This document shows, one piece after another, positions 20,511 through 31,107 of a stretch of 64,000 bases of DNA (position 1 is the first letter of the stretch; the number at the start of each line of letters is the position of its first letter). The notes beneath the pieces are model-generated. The model ran no database searches. It saw only the letters and a list, made by a program, of their open reading frames with translations, and was not told where the DNA came from. Origin of the DNA: Candidatus Dormiibacterota bacterium (GTDB lineage: Bacteria > Chloroflexota > Dormibacteria > Aeolococcales > Aeolococcaceae); contig CAVPXI010000023.1 of the NCBI GenBank assembly GCA_963709585.1, positions 1 through 64,000 on the forward strand. Direction: 5' to 3'. A program made the position numbers and the translations under genes.

Positions 20511-21263
20511 GTGCAAGGAGTGGCTGGCGACGACGAACGGCGGATGACGATCGTCCAGCACCTGGAAGAGCTGCGACGCGTCCTCATCTGGGTGATGGCC
20601 GCCTGGGTCGTCGGAACGGTCGTCGCGTTCATCTTCAACGGGTTCTTCATCGGGCTGCTCCTGCATCCGTTGCACACCGTGCTGCACAACTCGCACAGCA
20701 TCATCCCCGGCGACCAGGCGATCATCCTGAACCCCACCGAGGGGATCACCGTTCCTTTGAAGATTTCCGCGGTCGTCGGTCTGATCCTTGCGCTGCCGAT
20801 CATCCTCTGGCAGACGTGGAACTTCGTTTCCCCGGGATTGCGCCCCAAGGAGCGGAAGTTCGTCGGCCCCTTCATCGCCAGTGCGCTGCTGCTCTTTGGC
20901 GGCGGGGCGGTGTTCGCCTACTTCGTGATGCCCCTCGAACTCAACTTCCTCGCCAACTTCCTGAGCGGCAATGCCGTGTACTTCCCGGACCTCAACAACT
21001 ACATCGGCTTCTTCCTGATCATCATCTTCATCTTCGGGATCACCTTCGAGATGCCGGTCGTGCTCGTGCTGCTCGGTCTACTCGGCTTCGTCTCGTCGAA
21101 GAAGCTGAAGGGCTGGCGCAAGGTCGCCTACGTGGTCATCATCATCGCCGCGCTGGTGATCACGCCGGGCGCGGACCCGTTCACACCGACCTTGCTGACA
21201 ATCCCGCTGCTGCTGCTGTACGAAGCGTCGATCATCGTGCTCCAGCGGATCTTCCGGCGCTGA
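20511..21263 (+). CDS. tatC: Tat translocase subunit TatC
   Basis: [31 protein letters not shown]. Confidence 0.95.
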   Translation: MQGVAGDDERRMTIVQHLEELRRVLIWVMAAWVVGTVVAFIFNGFFIGLLLHPLHTVLHNSHSIIPGDQAIILNPTEGITVPLKISAVVGLILALPIILWQTWNFVSPGLRPKERKFVGPFIASALLLFGGGAVFAYFVMPLELNFLANFLSGNAVYFPDLNNYIGFFLIIIFIFGITFEMPVVLVLLGLLGFVSSKKLKGWRKVAYVVIIIAALVITPGADPFTPTLLTIPLLLLYEASIIVLQRIFRR

Positions 21264-21292
21264 CCTTCGGGTCGACCGATACACTCGGCCGG

Positions 21293-22015
21293 ATGCGTCC
21301 AGACCAGCGCGCCGCCGATCAGCTCCGTCCGACCTCGATTGAATTGCACCCGATCCCCTACGCGGAAGGGAGCGCGCTGATCACGATGGGGGATACGCGC
21401 GTCCTTTGCGCGGCGTCGGTCGAGGAGCGCGTGCCGCCGTTCCGGAAGGGCAGCGGCCGAGGCTGGGTCACCGCCGAGTACGCGATGCTGCCGCGGAGCA
21501 CGCAGACGCGGTCGGAGCGCGACGGCCGCAAGGGGAGGGTTGACGGCCGCGTCCAGGAGATCCAGCGACTGATCGGCCGAAGCCTTCGCGCCGCGGTCGA
21601 CTTCGAGGCGCTTGGCGAGCGCAGCATCCTGATCGACTGCGACGTCATCGTCGCCGACGGAGGCACCCGGACGGCATCGATCACGGGTGGGTATGTCGCG
21701 CTGGCGCTGGCCGTGGGCCGGCTGCGCGAGGCTCGCGTGGTCCGCTCGGATCCGTTGCGCTGGCCGGTGGCGGCGGTGAGCGCGGGCATCGTCGCCGGCG
21801 AGGCGCGGCTCGACCTCTGCTACCTCGAGGACTCTGCGGCCGAGACCGACATGAACTGCGTGGGATCAAGCGACGGCAGATTCATCGAGCTGCAGGGGTC
21901 GGCTGAGCAGGAGCCGTTCTCCCGGGAAGAGCTCGATTCCCTGCTCGGACTCGCCGGCGCCGGGCTTGCGCAGCTCTTCGCCCTGCAGGCAGAGGTGTTG
22001 AGCGCGGCGAAATGA
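21293..22015 (+). CDS. rph: Ribonuclease PH
   Basis: [39 protein letters not shown]. Confidence 0.95.
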   Translation: MRPDQRAADQLRPTSIELHPIPYAEGSALITMGDTRVLCAASVEERVPPFRKGSGRGWVTAEYAMLPRSTQTRSERDGRKGRVDGRVQEIQRLIGRSLRAAVDFEALGERSILIDCDVIVADGGTRTASITGGYVALALAVGRLREARVVRSDPLRWPVAAVSAGIVAGEARLDLCYLEDSAAETDMNCVGSSDGRFIELQGSAEQEPFSREELDSLLGLAGAGLAQLFALQAEVLSAAK

Positions 22016-22620
22016 GCGGCCGCGTCCTGGTCCTGGCCACCCACAATTCCGGGAAGCTCAGGGAGCTGCGCGTCCTCCTCGGCCGGTGGCCGCTGCGCCT
22101 CCAATCCCTCGAGGAGGCGGGCTTCGTGGCGGCGCTCGAGGAGCCCGGTCCCGGCTATACGGAATCGGCGCTCGCCAAGGCGATGGCGGTGTGCGCGGCG
22201 ACCGGTCTCCCGGCACTGGCCGACGACAGCGGGATCGAGGTGGACGCACTCCGAGGCTGGCCCGGCCCGATGTCCGCGCGCTGGATGGGCGACCAGGCAA
22301 CCGACGACGACCGGCTCCACGGCCTCCTCGCCGAAGTGGAACGCCGCACCCCCGATGATCTCCGAGCGCGCTACGTCTGCGTGGCCGCGCTGGCCACGCC
22401 CGGCGCGGAGCCGGTCACCGCGCACGGCGAGTGCCTGGGGACGCTTGTCGAGCCGCGGGGCCGCAACGGCTTCGGCTACGACCCGGCCTTCCTGTCACTG
22501 GATCTCGGGATCACGTTTGGCGAAGCGACCGACGAGGCCAAGGCACGGGTCTCCCATCGGGCACGGGCGATCGCCAGGCTGGGCGAATCCGCAGCGTTCG
22601 AGCCCCTGCTGCTCGATTGA
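22012..22620 (+). CDS. rdgB: Non-canonical purine NTP pyrophosphatase
   Basis: [25 protein letters not shown]; follows rph. Confidence 0.93.
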   Translation: MSGRVLVLATHNSGKLRELRVLLGRWPLRLQSLEEAGFVAALEEPGPGYTESALAKAMAVCAATGLPALADDSGIEVDALRGWPGPMSARWMGDQATDDDRLHGLLAEVERRTPDDLRARYVCVAALATPGAEPVTAHGECLGTLVEPRGRNGFGYDPAFLSLDLGITFGEATDEAKARVSHRARAIARLGESAAFEPLLLD

Positions 22621-22623
22621 GGG

Positions 22624-23305
22624 TCATCCGGCGGGGATCGCGGCGCCGGTCACCGGTGCTGCGGCCTCCGAGAGCAGCCACTCGATGACCGCGGCGACGG
22701 CGTCCGTGCTCACCCACGACGAGCGGTTTGCTTTGGGCATCGACTCGCGGTTGGCGGGCGTGTCCATGGTCCCGGGCAGAACGGCATTGACGGTGATCCC
22801 ATGCCCCTGCAGCTCCGCCGCCATGACCTGAACGAGCCGCAACACGGCCGCCTTGCTCACCTGGTACGCGGCCTGGCCCCGGGCCACATCGAGGGCGGCG
22901 CGCGATGCGACGATCACGATCCGGCCGCCCGCGCCGGCCGCGACCATCGACGCTGCCGCGGCGCGCGCAAGGCGCCACGGAGCGAGGAGGTTGGCTTCGA
23001 TCTGCGATTCAATCGCCGCGTCGTCGACCTCATGGGCACGTCCCGCCGCGAATCCGCCCGAGGCGCTGACCACCCCTTCCCAGGAACCCCTGGATTCAAC
23101 GGCCACGCGCAACCGGGCGACCGACTTCGAGATCGTCGAGATCGCATTCGATCTCGGTAACCCGGGGCATCGGCGCCGCGCGACCCGGGTGACGCGTGGG
23201 AATCACCACCTGGCGGCCGGCCGCGGCCAGGCGGCTCACCACCGCGGTACCGAGCGCTCCGCCGCCGCCACCCACAACGGTGACCCCGTGCCGCTGAACA
23301 ACCAC
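22624..23305 (-). CDS. Short-chain dehydrogenase/reductase, frameshifted near 23120
   Basis: GGGGALG Rossmann motif in ORF 23096..23350; YQVSK and NAVLPGTMDT in ORF 22624..23112. Confidence 0.8.
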
Positions 23306-23316
23306 AATGTTTCCTC

Positions 23317-24129
23317 GTGGACCCTGGGACCGAGCCGACGTTCCGGCCACGGGCGGTGGCTCGTGCCCTGGTGGCCATCATCGCTCTCGTGGTCGTCGGC
23401 CTGGTTGGTTTCCTCGTGGCACACGGCGTCGCGCAGATCAACCCCTCGAGCATCACCCCGGTCAACCCGCCGGCGGCGAGCGCTCCGACGCCGCCACCGC
23501 CGGTCCTGACCGACATCGGACGGGGCGATCTCGCCAGTGTGGTGACCGTCGAGGCCGAGCTGCAAAACGGTGCCGAGGAGTCACTCGGCACCGGGTGGAT
23601 CTTCGACAGCAAGGGTGACGTGGTGACCAACGCCCATGTCATCAACGGTGTCGACGCGCTTCGGGTGACCGACCGTGCCAATCACACTCACGTTGCGAGG
23701 CTGGTGCAGAGCAGCGCGTCGCTCGACCTCGCCGTGATCCGGGTGAGCGGCACCCTGGTCGGGACACCGTTGCCCGTCGACCCCCGTCAGCTCACGTCCG
23801 TACCGCTTGCCGTGATCACGCTGGCGTCGAGCCGGGCCACCGGGCAGGCCGACATGACCGTAGAGCGGCTGATCGGGCTCGACGCCAGCGTCCCGCTCGC
23901 GGCGAGCGGCATCCAGGCGGGCCAGTCCTCGCCCCAGGAGTACAACGACATGCTCCACCTCACCGGCGCCAGGATCTACGAGGGCAACAGTGGCGGCCCC
24001 GTGCTCGACGCGCAGGGGCAGGTGATCGGGATCGTCACGCTGGCGGCAAGCACGAGTGCGCCGGACGCATACGCGATCCCGATCAGCCGGGTGCTCACAT
24101 ATCTGCACGCCTGGGTCGCACTCGGATGA
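23317..24129 (+). CDS. Membrane-anchored trypsin-like (S1C) serine protease without PDZ domain
   Basis: TNAHV, DLAVI, GNSGGP catalytic triad motifs. Confidence 0.88.
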   Translation: MDPGTEPTFRPRAVARALVAIIALVVVGLVGFLVAHGVAQINPSSITPVNPPAASAPTPPPPVLTDIGRGDLASVVTVEAELQNGAEESLGTGWIFDSKGDVVTNAHVINGVDALRVTDRANHTHVARLVQSSASLDLAVIRVSGTLVGTPLPVDPRQLTSVPLAVITLASSRATGQADMTVERLIGLDASVPLAASGIQAGQSSPQEYNDMLHLTGARIYEGNSGGPVLDAQGQVIGIVTLAASTSAPDAYAIPISRVLTYLHAWVALG

Positions 24130-24197
24130 TTCCGGCACGCATTGGGTATCGTCATCACTGACGGGGACGTACAGACGTACCCCGAGGAGCAACCACC

Positions 24198-25184
24198 GTG
24201 CCCACATACGACTTCGATATCGCGATCATCGGCGGGGGCCCTGCCGGGCTGACGGCTGCGCTCTATGCGGGCCGGAACCGCGAGCGGGCCGTCCTTCTCG
24301 AGGGCAAGGCCCCGGGCGGTCAGCTGCTCAATACCGAGCTTATCGAGGATTACCCGGGCTTTCTCTCCATTCTCGGCGGCGAGCTGGCCGCCGTCATGGA
24401 GGAGCAGGCCGCGCATTTCGGCACCGAGCTGGTACGCACCGAGGTCAAGGCGATCAAGGTCCTGGCGGACGGGATGAAGCTGATCGAGACCTACAACGGT
24501 GACTACCTCGCACCGGCGGTGATCATCACCGCGGGCGGCAATCCGCGCAAGCTCGGGGTCTCAGGCGAGGAGGAGTTCGCCGGTCGCGGCGTGTCCTACT
24601 GCGCCGTCTGCGATGGTGCGTTCTTCAAGGATGTCCACCTCGCGGTCGCGGGCGGCGGTGACGCGGCTGTCGAGGAGGCGCTGTTTCTCACCCGCTACGC
24701 CAGCAAGGTCACGATCATCCACCGGCGCAAGGAGTTCCGCGCACAGCCGATCCTCCTCGACGAAGCTCGCAAGCACCCCAAGGTCGAGTTCCTCGTCGAT
24801 ACCATCATCGAAAGCGTCGACGGCGACGAGAAGGTGCGCCGGTTGTCGTTGCGAAACCTGGACACTGAACGTCGCTCCGAGCTCGAGGTGGGAGGGATCT
24901 TCATCTTCATCGGCTTCATCCCCAACACCCAGCTGGTGGATCACCACATCGATCATGACAAGGCTGGCTATTACGTGACCGATCCGATGACGATGATGAC
25001 CAACATCCCGGGCATCTTCGCTGCCGGCGACGTGCGCAGCCAGCTGACCCGGCAGATCACCACCGCCGTCGGCGACGCCACCACCGCGACGATCGCGGCG
25101 AGCAAGTGGATCGAGGACTGGCGGCGTGGCCGAGACGACACCCCTCCCGAGCTCGTCGAAGCGACCCTGCACGGCGCCGTCTGA
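24198..25184 (+). CDS. trxB: Thioredoxin reductase
   Basis: GGGPAG, GVSYCAVCDG, GGGDAAVEEA, FAAGDV. Confidence 0.95.
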   Translation: MPTYDFDIAIIGGGPAGLTAALYAGRNRERAVLLEGKAPGGQLLNTELIEDYPGFLSILGGELAAVMEEQAAHFGTELVRTEVKAIKVLADGMKLIETYNGDYLAPAVIITAGGNPRKLGVSGEEEFAGRGVSYCAVCDGAFFKDVHLAVAGGGDAAVEEALFLTRYASKVTIIHRRKEFRAQPILLDEARKHPKVEFLVDTIIESVDGDEKVRRLSLRNLDTERRSELEVGGIFIFIGFIPNTQLVDHHIDHDKAGYYVTDPMTMMTNIPGIFAAGDVRSQLTRQITTAVGDATTATIAASKWIEDWRRGRDDTPPELVEATLHGAV

Positions 25185-25195
25185 GGACGCCGCCC

Positions 25196-25777
25196 GTGAG
25201 CATCACCACCGGGCACGGCGACGGCGGAGAGACCGGCCTGCTGTACGGCGGCCGGGTCGCCAAGGACGACCTTCACACCGAGGCGTACGGCTCGCTCGAC
25301 GAGGCGATATCGGCGCTCGGTCTCGCCAGGTCGCTGACTGATTCCGCGGATCGCGCCGCCCGGATCCTCGAGCTGCAGCGCGAGCTCTTCGTGGTTGGCG
25401 CCGAGCTCGCCACCGGCCCCGGGCACCGGCCCGACCTCGAGCGCCACTTCAACGTGGTGACCCCGGCGATGTCGGACGCGCTCGAACGCGAGATCCACGA
25501 CCTGGAAGCGCGGGTGCCGCTGCCCGGGGGCTTCGTCATCCCTGGAGGAACACCCGCTGGCGCGGCCATCGACCTCGCCCGGACCCTCGTGCGGCGTGCC
25601 GAGCGCCGTACCGTCTCGCTCCAGCGCGCGGGCGGGGTCGAGAACCCCGAGGTGCTCCGCTACCTCAATCGCTGCTCGGACCTGCTCTTCATGCTCGCCC
25701 GCGAGGCCGAGCAGGGTGCCACCGTCGCATCGGGCGGTCAGCGCCGCCGCGGCGCTGACGGGAATGCCGATACCTAG
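25196..25777 (+). CDS. PduO-type cob(I)alamin adenosyltransferase
   Basis: TTGHGDGGETGL, YGSLDE, ARTLVRRAER, YLNRCSDLLF. Confidence 0.9.
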   Translation: MSITTGHGDGGETGLLYGGRVAKDDLHTEAYGSLDEAISALGLARSLTDSADRAARILELQRELFVVGAELATGPGHRPDLERHFNVVTPAMSDALEREIHDLEARVPLPGGFVIPGGTPAGAAIDLARTLVRRAERRTVSLQRAGGVENPEVLRYLNRCSDLLFMLAREAEQGATVASGGQRRRGADGNADT

Positions 25778-25780
25778 AGA

Positions 25781-26591
25781 TCAGGCGGGAACCAGTCCGC
25801 GCCAGGCGCAGCAGTCCGCGCTCCATGGGCGCGAAGATCAGGTCGTTGACTGCGATGCCGACGACAAGGATCGTGAGCATCGCGGCGAGGATCTCGGAAA
25901 TGTCGGTCAGGTCGCGCCCGTTCTGCAGGATCTGTCCGAGACCCGCGTTCGCGGTCGATCCGATGATCAGCTCAGCAGCCATCAGTGAGCGCCACGAGAA
26001 TGCCCAGCCCTGCTTCATACCGGCCACATAGCCCGGCAGCGCCGCTGAGAAGATGAAGTGCCGGTAGTACCCGGGGCCGCGAGCCCCGATCGAGTTCGCG
26101 AGACTGAAGGTGAGCGGCGGGATGTTGTCATACGAGGACATCAACCCCATGGCGATCGACGGGAAAGCACCCATGATCACGACGAAGTACACGGCATACT
26201 CGACCTGCCCGCCGATGGCGAGGAACACGGCAGCAATCGGTACCCAGACGACTGACGGAAGGCTCTGAAGGCCGGCGAGGAGCGATCCAACCCCGGCGCG
26301 GAGCACTGGGACGCGGACCACCGCCAGCCCGACCAGGGTCGCGAGGACGAGCGCGAGAACGTAGCCGATCGCGGCGCGCTCGAGCGTCTGGACGAGCGCA
26401 GGCAGGAGCACGCCAATGTGGGTCAGGTACCCGATCTCGCCGATCGCGTCGCCAGGGCCCGGAAGCCGTGCATCGCCTGGTGACCGCACGCCGGCGATGA
26501 CCAGAATCTGCCAGATCGCCAGCAGGATGCCGATGGCGAGAACCCGCGGCCACGCGGCGCTGAGGATGCGCTGGAACTTATTCCGCTCCAT
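25781..26591 (-). CDS. ABC permease, SsuC/TauC/NrtB family (true end probably 25781; indel near 25805)
   Basis: LQSLPSVVWVP, QGWAFSWRSLMAAEL; alternative frame ends RGLVPA* without overlapping the next gene. Confidence 0.85.
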
Positions 26592-27375
26592 TGCTGACCG
26601 CCCCGGCCCGAAGCCGCCCTGTGATCTCGTGCGCAAGTCCTGACACCTCAAAAGAGTTGAGCTCGCGAGGCCGGGTGATGTCGACATCCCAGATCTGCGC
26701 GACCCGTCCCGGACGGGGGGTCATGAGCACGACCCTGTCGCCAAGACGCACGGCCTCGCGAACATTGTGGGTGACGAAGATGATCGTCTTGCCGGTTTCC
26801 TGCCAGATCCGATTCAGGTCATCGTGGAGCTGATCGCGAGTGAGCGCGTCGAGAGCCGCGAAGGGCTCGTCCATGAGCAGCAGCTCCAACTCCTGCGCGA
26901 GTGCGCGTGCCAGTGCACAGCGCTGGCGCATGCCACCAGAAAGCTGATGCGGGCGGTGGTCGGCGAACTCGATGAGCCCGACCATGGACAGCAGACGGTT
27001 CGCCGTCCTGTTGCGCTCGAGGGTGTCCACCTTGTGAATGCGCATGGGCAGCTCGACGTTGCGCCGCACCGTCAACCAGGGCAGCAGTGCCGGCTCCTGG
27101 AACATCATCGCTGGACGTCCATCGGCGATGTGGATCGTGCCCGAGGTGACCTTGTCGAGGCCGGCGATCAGCGAGAGCAACGTCGATTTGCCGCACCCGG
27201 AGGCGCCGAGGATGCAGACGAACTCTCCCTTGTCCAACTCCAACGAGACGTTCTCGAGCGCGGTCGTCGAACGCTTGCCGTTGCCGAACACCTTCGTGAC
27301 CCCGTCCAGAGTCACGAAGGGTTCGTCGACCTCGAGTGTTAGAACCGCGGGGCGCGGGAAGAGCGCGATGTTCAT
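26578..27375 (-). CDS. ABC ATP-binding protein, SsuB/TauB family
   Basis: GASGCGKST, LSGGMRQR, LLMDEPFAALD. Confidence 0.93.
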   Translation of the reverse strand: MNIALFPRPAVLTLEVDEPFVTLDGVTKVFGNGKRSTTALENVSLELDKGEFVCILGASGCGKSTLLSLIAGLDKVTSGTIHIADGRPAMMFQEPALLPWLTVRRNVELPMRIHKVDTLERNRTANRLLSMVGLIEFADHRPHQLSGGMRQRCALARALAQELELLLMDEPFAALDALTRDQLHDDLNRIWQETGKTIIFVTHNVREAVRLGDRVVLMTPRPGRVAQIWDVDITRPRELNSFEVSGLAHEITGRLRAGAVSNGAE

Positions 27376-28481
27376 CAGCCGAGCCCTCCGGCGCTGACGG
27401 TCGGGTCGCCTGCGGCGCTGAGCAGGGCGTTCAGTGGGCCGAGGTTGAGGATGCCCTTGATGGCAGCCGTCTGGTTGAACCCAAGCTGCTTCGCGTTGTT
27501 CGCGTCCGTCTGCAGGTCGGCGGAGAACGGGTCGAGCACGAAGCTGAGGCGCGTCCAGGCGAGGGCAAGCACGCTTGACTTCAGGAGCTTGCCGCCGGTG
27601 GTCGCCGCGAGCGCGGCGTTGACCGCGGCGGGCGCCGCCGACTCGTTCGAGTTGATCCAGTTCACCGACTTGACGAGCCCCTTGAGCAGGTCGCTGACGA
27701 TGCCAGGGTGGTTCTTGAGCAGGTTCTCGGTCACCACCAGCACCGTGGTCGGGAACTGCCGGTTCGGCCAGAGCGACGCCTCGTCAACGGCCAACGTCCC
27801 CTTTCCTTGAAGGATGAACTCGGATTCGTACGGCTCGGGAACCCAGCCACCCGCGATCTTGCCGGCTTCGAAGTTCTGCAGGCTGACGGCGTTGCCAGAG
27901 CTCGAGTCGATGGCCACCTGGCCGCCGCCGTTGATGTTGGTGGCAAGTCCCTTGGTCGCCAGCCAGCTGCGCAGGGCGACGTCCTGGGTGTTACCGAGCT
28001 GCGGCGACGAGAGCGTCTTACCCATGAGATCCGCCGGGAAATTCCCGCCGGCGATGGACTTGCTGACCACGAGCCCTGCCCCGCCCGACGCCGTGCCTGC
28101 GACGATCACCACGTTGCCGTTGGTCTTGATGTAGGCGTTGATCGCGGGACCGGGGCCGACGAACGCAGCGTCGAGCGTGCCGCCGAGAAGCGCCTCGCTC
28201 TCCGCCGGACCAGCACTGAATGTGGTGGTTTTAACCGTCGTGCCTTTGGGCATCGCACCCTGGAAGAAGCCTTTGGACACCCCGATGAGCGCCGGGGCGT
28301 GGGTCAGGTTGACGAGGTACCCGAGGTTGACCGTCGACGGATTCGGCTGCGCGGTCGGGCCGGCGGCTGGATCCCCGCCGGACCCGCAGGCCCCGACCAC
28401 CACGGCGGTGGCAATCAGTGCGACTGACGTCGTGGCGCGACGGGTGCCGCGATGGCGCGTGTGAAGTGTTCCCCAGACCAT
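27375..28481 (-). CDS. ABC substrate-binding lipoprotein, SsuA family
   Basis: Lipobox VGAC, NLTHAPAL, PQLGNTQDVALR, WVPEP. Confidence 0.9.
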   Translation of the reverse strand: MVWGTLHTRHRGTRRATTSVALIATAVVVGACGSGGDPAAGPTAQPNPSTVNLGYLVNLTHAPALIGVSKGFFQGAMPKGTTVKTTTFSAGPAESEALLGGTLDAAFVGPGPAINAYIKTNGNVVIVAGTASGGAGLVVSKSIAGGNFPADLMGKTLSSPQLGNTQDVALRSWLATKGLATNINGGGQVAIDSSSGNAVSLQNFEAGKIAGGWVPEPYESEFILQGKGTLAVDEASLWPNRQFPTTVLVVTENLLKNHPGIVSDLLKGLVKSVNWINSNESAAPAAVNAALAATTGGKLLKSSVLALAWTRLSFVLDPFSADLQTDANNAKQLGFNQTAAIKGILNLGPLNALLSAAGDPTVSAGGLG

Positions 28482-28682
28482 GAGCGTGCTTCCCCGTTAC
28501 GAATTTCTCTTCCCAAGGCCCCCTCTCGATCGGCCTCGTGCCCGGCTCTCTCCGGCCGGTGCATGCGGATGACTCTCCGGTCAATGCCGAGCATTAAGCA
28601 ATGAGCATGCTTTGAACGGAATGATCCCTTTATGGGAACATTGGCCCCTTCTGCCCGGGAATCAGCCTGCGATTGGCTGCGG

Positions 28683-29885
28683 CTATGCCTCCAGTAGGCG
28701 CGAGCAGCGCAGCGCGAGCCAGAGCTGATGGCGTTGCTCGGGATCGTCGGCGTCTATGCCGAGCTGGCGGAGCCGTCCGACCCGATAGACGACGGTGTGG
28801 CGATGGACGCCGAGGCGTTCGGCGGCCTCGCCGATACTCCGGCTGTCGAGCAGGGCCTCGAGCGTTGCGACGAGCTCCAGCCTTCGGTTGGGCGTCCCCA
28901 CCTCCAGCGGGCCAAGTACGCGGTCGATGAAGGAGCGCATCGCGTCGTGATCGTCGGCGACCGCGGCGAAGACCCCGACCTCTGCGTCGGTGTGCACCGA
29001 CCGCTCCGGGTAGAGCTTGCGACCCACCTCGAGGGCGCGGCGCGCCTGCTGTGCCGCAGGGGCGATCGCATCGAGGGTCGCGGCCACCGGGCCGACCCCG
29101 AAGACAACCGGTCCGACCGCGGCGCACAGCTGGGCAAGGTCGAGACCGTCAGGAACGAGCGCGATCCAGAGCCCGGGCTCCTCGCCGATCAGGTGGGCGC
29201 CCTCGGCTCGCCAGGTCACCTCGAGCTGCCGTTCCTCCTCGAGGGTCGGCGCCGAACACGCCACCACCGTGTAGGGCGGGACCAGGGTGAGCTCTGCCGA
29301 CGCGGCGATGCGGCGAAGCTCGGCGGATGCGTCGCCGGCGAGCAGTCGCTGGAGGATGCGATCGCGATCCCGGTCACGCTGACGGAGCAGCCGCTCCCTG
29401 GTCTCCAGGTAGGCGCCGCCGACTGCCGCGCTGATCTCGTCGAAGTACTCGAGCACGGAGCTGGTCAGACCGATCACGGTGCTCGGCGGCACGTCGTCGA
29501 GGATCGCGGGCTGGCCGATCACCTCGTCCCAGAGCACCCGGGCCGCCAGTCGGTAGGCGCCGAACACCAACTCGAGCGGCACCTCGAGCTCGGCCTGCTG
29601 CGCACCCATGGATCCGAGGCGCTCCAGGTCGCCGGCTCGAAGTCCGCGCCCGTCGCGAAGCAGGCGGACGAAGGTGCGCAGCGCGTCGCGGCACGCCGCG
29701 GTGACGGTCCGGAAGTACCCAAGCGTCCGGAAGCGGCTGTCGGGCAGGGAGATCCCGGAGACGATGTGCCGGGTCATCCGGCGCGCGATCACGTCGACCT
29801 CCGACAGCAGCCGGACGGTCACTTCCGGCGGCAGAGTGGCCCCCACGGACAACCTGAGGTCGGGCGCCTTGGTCAATTGGGCCAT
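28683..29885 (-). CDS. PucR/CdaR family transcriptional regulator
   Basis: C-terminal HTH AAERLGVHRHTVVYRV; N-terminal RsbRD-like region. Confidence 0.88.
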   Translation of the reverse strand: MAQLTKAPDLRLSVGATLPPEVTVRLLSEVDVIARRMTRHIVSGISLPDSRFRTLGYFRTVTAACRDALRTFVRLLRDGRGLRAGDLERLGSMGAQQAELEVPLELVFGAYRLAARVLWDEVIGQPAILDDVPPSTVIGLTSSVLEYFDEISAAVGGAYLETRERLLRQRDRDRDRILQRLLAGDASAELRRIAASAELTLVPPYTVVACSAPTLEEERQLEVTWRAEGAHLIGEEPGLWIALVPDGLDLAQLCAAVGPVVFGVGPVAATLDAIAPAAQQARRALEVGRKLYPERSVHTDAEVGVFAAVADDHDAMRSFIDRVLGPLEVGTPNRRLELVATLEALLDSRSIGEAAERLGVHRHTVVYRVGRLRQLGIDADDPEQRHQLWLALRCSRLLEA

Positions 29886-29886
29886 A

Positions 29887-29956
29887 TTGTCCCTTATGTA
29901 CAAATCCTGGGCCGTACGCCGGATGACATTGCCCACCCTTTGTGCCGGCCGAAGAA
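29887..29956. promoter_or_regulatory. Candidate regulator sites TTGT-N9-ACAA (29887-29903) and TTGT-N9-AGAA (29940-29956)
   Basis: Repeated dyad in the short divergent intergenic region. Confidence 0.4.
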
Positions 29957-29971
29957 AGTATGCTGCTTTCA

Positions 29972-30787
29972 ATGCTCTACGACGACATGTTCATCCGGCT
30001 CGAGCGCGCCCGCTGGACGCTCAACACCGACATCCCCTTCGACGACATCGATCCGAGCCTGCTGAGTCCCCAGTGGATCAGCGACCTCCGCAACATCTGC
30101 CTGACGGAGCTGTCCGCGCTCTACGCAACCGAGATGTTCCTCCGTGACTTTTACACGGACATCGATTTCTGCAGCTTCATCTCGATCTGGTTCTACGAGG
30201 AGATGAAGCACCACCTCACCTTGCGCAAATACCTGGAGCGGTGCGGTGAGACCTTCGACGAGGCCAAGCTTCCCGAATTGCGACTCACGTTCGCGCCGGG
30301 ACCGGCGATCGAGACGCTCACCATGCACTTCTGCGGCGAGCAACGCCTCGCTCACTGGTACACGGCATTCAGCGAACAGGCGCCCGAGCCGGTGATCCGG
30401 AAGATCTTCAAGATCCTCGCCGGCGACGAGCTGCGCCATGCAGCGTGCTATGCGAAGTACATGCGCCGCGCGGTCACCAACAAGCCGGAGGTCCTGCCCG
30501 ACATCCTGAAGATGTCGCTCTGGATGATGCGCACCACCAACGACGCGCCCAAGCACCCGACGACGATCACCGAGCCGTCCGTGGTCAGCAAGCTCGAGGA
30601 CCCCGAGTATGTGTCGCGGATGCTGAACTGGTACCTCCCGGGCCGCGATCACGAGGCTCCCGTGCAGCGTCGCATCCTCGCGCTGCTGTCCGAGTTGAGC
30701 GGCGTGGAGATCAAAAACCTGCGCGAGATCCCGCCGTTGGTGCGCAAGTTGACGGCGGCCCAGCAGCTCTCTCCCGCGGCTGCCTGA
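29972..30787 (+). CDS. Ferritin-like di-iron protein (acyl-ACP desaturase-like fold)
   Basis: TE, EEMKH, GE, DELRH di-iron ligand pattern. Confidence 0.85.
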   Translation: MLYDDMFIRLERARWTLNTDIPFDDIDPSLLSPQWISDLRNICLTELSALYATEMFLRDFYTDIDFCSFISIWFYEEMKHHLTLRKYLERCGETFDEAKLPELRLTFAPGPAIETLTMHFCGEQRLAHWYTAFSEQAPEPVIRKIFKILAGDELRHAACYAKYMRRAVTNKPEVLPDILKMSLWMMRTTNDAPKHPTTITEPSVVSKLEDPEYVSRMLNWYLPGRDHEAPVQRRILALLSELSGVEIKNLREIPPLVRKLTAAQQLSPAAA

Positions 30788-30822
30788 GCCGGCGAACCCG
30801 CCGCACCTATAATCGGGCGGCG

Positions 30823-31107
30823 ATGGGTGAAGCGGTGGTGCGCGTCCGTGCCGTTGTCCACGGCCGGGTGCAGATGGTCGGGTTTCGCGCCTTCGTGCTT
30901 CAGCATGCCAGTGACGCCGGCCTGTCGGGGACGGTGCGAAATCAGCCTGATGGCTCCGTCGAGACCGTCTTCGAAGGGCCCGGTGCCGAAGTGGAACGGA
31001 TGCTCGACCTGGTCCGTCAAGGCCCGAGCCATGCGCGCGTGGAGCGGGTCGATGTCGAGCACCTGGCCCCGACCGGCAACCTTCCCGCGATGATGGTGGC
31101 GACATGA
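30823..31107 (+). CDS. acyP: Acylphosphatase
   Basis: VHGRVQMVGFR, GTVRNQPDGSVE, GPSHARV; TATAAT at 30808. Confidence 0.93.
   Translation: MGEAVVRVRAVVHGRVQMVGFRAFVLQHASDAGLSGTVRNQPDGSVETVFEGPGAEVERMLDLVRQGPSHARVERVDVEHLAPTGNLPAMMVAT

Noticed and set aside
28482-28682. Leader of the SsuABC-like operon as a riboswitch
   Set aside because: Some short inverted repeats, but no recognisable SAM or other riboswitch consensus
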